A stretch of DNA of 64,000 nt, taken from NCBI RefSeq assembly GCF_009914755.1, contig NC_060948.1. The stretch is one strand, 5' to 3'. Positions 60,511 to 64,000 of the stretch are shown here, one piece after another. The notes below the pieces were generated by a model. It did no database searches. It saw nothing but the letters and a program-made list of their open reading frames with translations, and had not been told where the DNA came from. This stretch comes from the human T2T-CHM13v2.0 reference genome, Homo sapiens. Made by a program: the position numbers and the translations under genes. Each line of letters starts with the position of its first letter. The first letter of the stretch is position 1.

Positions 60511-62638
60511 AGATCCATATTTTTTAAATGAAAAAAAATTTCAAAGGTACTCTGCTTGGTACAATAATCAAATGTATAAACTGAGGAATAAAACATAACC
60601 ATGAAACCTACTTATAACTGCATATGGAAAATACAGAGGATAATTTTTTAAATAACATATTTTGAAAGCCTTAACTAGTAATTTGAAGAGTTGGCATTTG
60701 AAAGGCCAGTATGAATATACCTTCAAAGCAGCAACACAGGTTCCCCATGAGAAAAAGCAAACACAGGGAAAATAAAAACACAAAGGTTCAATCTCTTCTG
60801 ACCTTTCAAAGACACAGCACAGACAGTGGTCCTTAGGACGAAGAGCAGGAGACCCCTAATTCCGTCACCATGGCGATAGGGCATAAACATTGCAGGGTGA
60901 GGGCACAATCCACATTGTGAGGTCCAACTGCTGCCAGGAAGACAGGAGTGCTTTTACATAGACCGAAAGGTCATTGAAGGCTCAGAGTTTTCTTTCAAGA
61001 ACTGAATCCCAAGCCCACACGTTATTAGGCTGCGCTTCTTAAAACAAGTTATGAGATGGGAAAAAGGGCACCCACAAACATACGTATACATTATGTATAT
61101 AATAATATACAGTATCATATATATAATATATATAACCTATGTATAATATTGTTTTACATCCTGCATCTTATGTTATATATATTGTATAAAATATAATAAT
61201 TGATAATATATAAGTTTTATAATTATACAATATGACATATAGTATATATTATAATTTATGGCATATATAATATATGTTATATATCATATATAGAATATAT
61301 TATACGGTTAATATACGTATTAAATATAAATTATACATTATATATATTATATATAATATATCTGTTATATATAATACCCATTATGCATAATATATATATT
61401 ATGTCTATGTTATATATAGTATAAAACAACATATAATAATATATAATTGTATATATAAAATGCGACATATAATATATATTATATTTTACAACATATGTAA
61501 TATATATTATATATTATATATAATACGTTGTATGTATAATACCTATATTAAATATATATTATATGACTATGTTATTAATTACATGTCACATGTGTTATAA
61601 ATTATATATTTTACATAGAATATACCGGTTACATACAATATATACTATGTTACCTATAATGTATAATTTATTACATGTAAAATAAAGAATGCAATATATT
61701 ATGTATAATTTATAATATACAATATGTGGAATGTGATATATATAACATATAATATATGATATATGATATACAGTATATGATATATAACATACAATATATG
61801 ATTCCTAATATATATGGTATACAATATATATTTTATGATATGTATTCTATATGTTTTATATTCTGTTATATATAACTATTTGAAATTATATATAACTGTA
61901 TAATATTTTATGTAAATATGTAATATAATATATATAACTATATAATATGTTATATATAACTATATATTATGTTATATATACTTTTATAACATAATTTACA
62001 TAAAATATCATAATATAATATATATTATATTATTTCATATTACATAATATATATTACATATCACCCAATATAACTAACATACATAATATTATAATATAGA
62101 TTATATTATGTTATATTAAATATCATATATATCATGTATCATATATTCTATAATATATATTACACATTATATAATATGTATGTTGTCTATTATGTGATAT
62201 ATATAACTATATATATAATTATATTTTTATACATATAACTAGATAAACATGTAATTCTACATATTTTCATTTATAATATGTAGAATTATATAATCATATA
62301 TAATTATTTATATTCTATAAAAAATTTTATCATTATATAAATTATAATATATAAAAATTATAATATGTACTACACATATATATATTATATATCATATATG
62401 ATATAGTACCTTTGTTATATATCATAATACATATAAATGTGTATTATGTTATCTATAATTATATAATTTCATATATAAGATGTATAATATGTATCATATA
62501 TTATATATGTTATGTAATATATATAGTATATATAAGATGACACAGGATAAATATTATATACTATGACATATAAAATATATGAGGTTATATGTTACATATA
62601 AGGCATAGCACATAACATGTAATATATATCATATATAA

Positions 62639-62930
62639 TTTTTTTTTAGACAGAATCTTGTCCTGTTGCACAGGGTGGGGTACAATGGCGCCATCTTTGC
62701 TCACTGCAACTTCTGCCTCACGGGTCCAAGCGATGGTCCTCCCTCAGCCTCCCAGGTAGCTGGGACTACACCACACTGGGACTACACCAGCTGCCACCAT
62801 GCCTAGCTAATTTTTTGGATTTTTAGTAGTGACAGCGTTTCACTGTATTGGCCAGGATGGTCTTGATCTCTTCACCTTGTGATCCCCTTGCCTTGGCCTC
62901 CAAATTTGCTGGGATTACAGGCCTGAGCCA
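62639..62930 (-). mobile_element. Diverged Alu copy in DYZ2 unit
   Basis: Near-identical to 2197-2488. Confidence 0.93.
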
Positions 62931-64000
62931 AGATCCATATTTTTTAAATGAAAAAAAATTTCAAAGGTACTCTGCTTGGTACAATAATCAAATGTATAAA
63001 CTGAGGAATAAAACATAACCATGAAACCTACTTATAACTGCATATGGAAAATACAGAGGATAATTTTTTAAATAACATATTTTGAAAGCCTTAACTAGTA
63101 ATTTGAAGAGTTGGCATTTGAAAGGCCAGTATGAATATACCTTCAAAGCAGCAACACAGGTTCCCCATGAGAAAAAGCAAACACAGGGAAAATAAAAACA
63201 CAAAGGTTCAATCTCTTCTGACCTTTGAAAGACACAGCACAGACAGTGGTCCTTAGGACGAAGAGCAGGAGACCCCTAATTCCGTCACCATGGCGATAGG
63301 GCATAAACATTGCAGGGTGAGGGCACAATCCACATTGTGAGGTCCAACTGCTGCCAGGAAGACAGGAGTGCTTTTACATAGACCGAAAGGTCATTGAAGG
63401 CTCAGAGTTTTGTTTCAAGAACTGAATCCCAAGCCCACACGTTATTAGGCTGCGCTTCTTAAAACAAGTTATGAGATGGGAAAAAGGGCACCCACAAACA
63501 TACGTATACATTATGTATATAATAATATACAGTATCATATATATAATATATATAACCTATGTATAATATTGTTTTACATCCTGCATCTTATGTTATATAT
63601 ATTGTATAAAATATAATAATTGATAATATATAAGTTTTATAATTATACAATATGACATAGAGTATATATTATAATTTATGACATATATAATATATGTTAT
63701 ATATCATATATAGAATATATTATACGGTTAATATACGTATTAAATATAAATTATACTTTATATATATTATATATAATATATCTGTTATATATAATACCCA
63801 TTATGCATAATATATATATTATCTCTATGTTATATATAGTATAAAACAACATATAATAATATATAATTGTATATATAAAATGCGACATATAATATATATT
63901 ATATTTTATAACATATGTAATATATATTATATATAATACGTTGTATGTATAATACCTATATTAAATATATATTATATGACTATGTTATTAATTACATGTC

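Overview
The whole window is one uninterrupted head-to-tail tandem array of a ~2.42-kb unit: about 26.5 copies, periods 2413-2422 bp, copies nearly identical. Each unit has three parts: a ~570-bp mixed-composition segment (HSATI-like), a ~1.55-kb extremely AT-rich degenerate (TA)n block, and a ~292-bp old, diverged Alu on the minus strand that lacks its first ~12 nt and carries a 16-bp internal duplication. This architecture, plus a predicted 2141-bp HaeIII fragment per unit, matches human DYZ2/HSat1B satellite. The likely source is Yq12 heterochromatin; related HSat1B also occurs on acrocentric short arms. I see no credible protein-coding gene, RNA gene or CRISPR array, and no new enzymatic system. 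The ORF-track entries are just the repeat unit recurring. The informative signal is in the variants between copies. They show a nascent 5-unit (~12.09-kb) higher-order duplication, adjacent sister-unit duplications, mosaic (recombinant or converted) units, and a homogeneous core flanked by more diverged copies. Unit n (Un) is the sequence from the end of one Alu to the end of the next (U1 = 74-2488). Variants were scored by eye, not by alignment.
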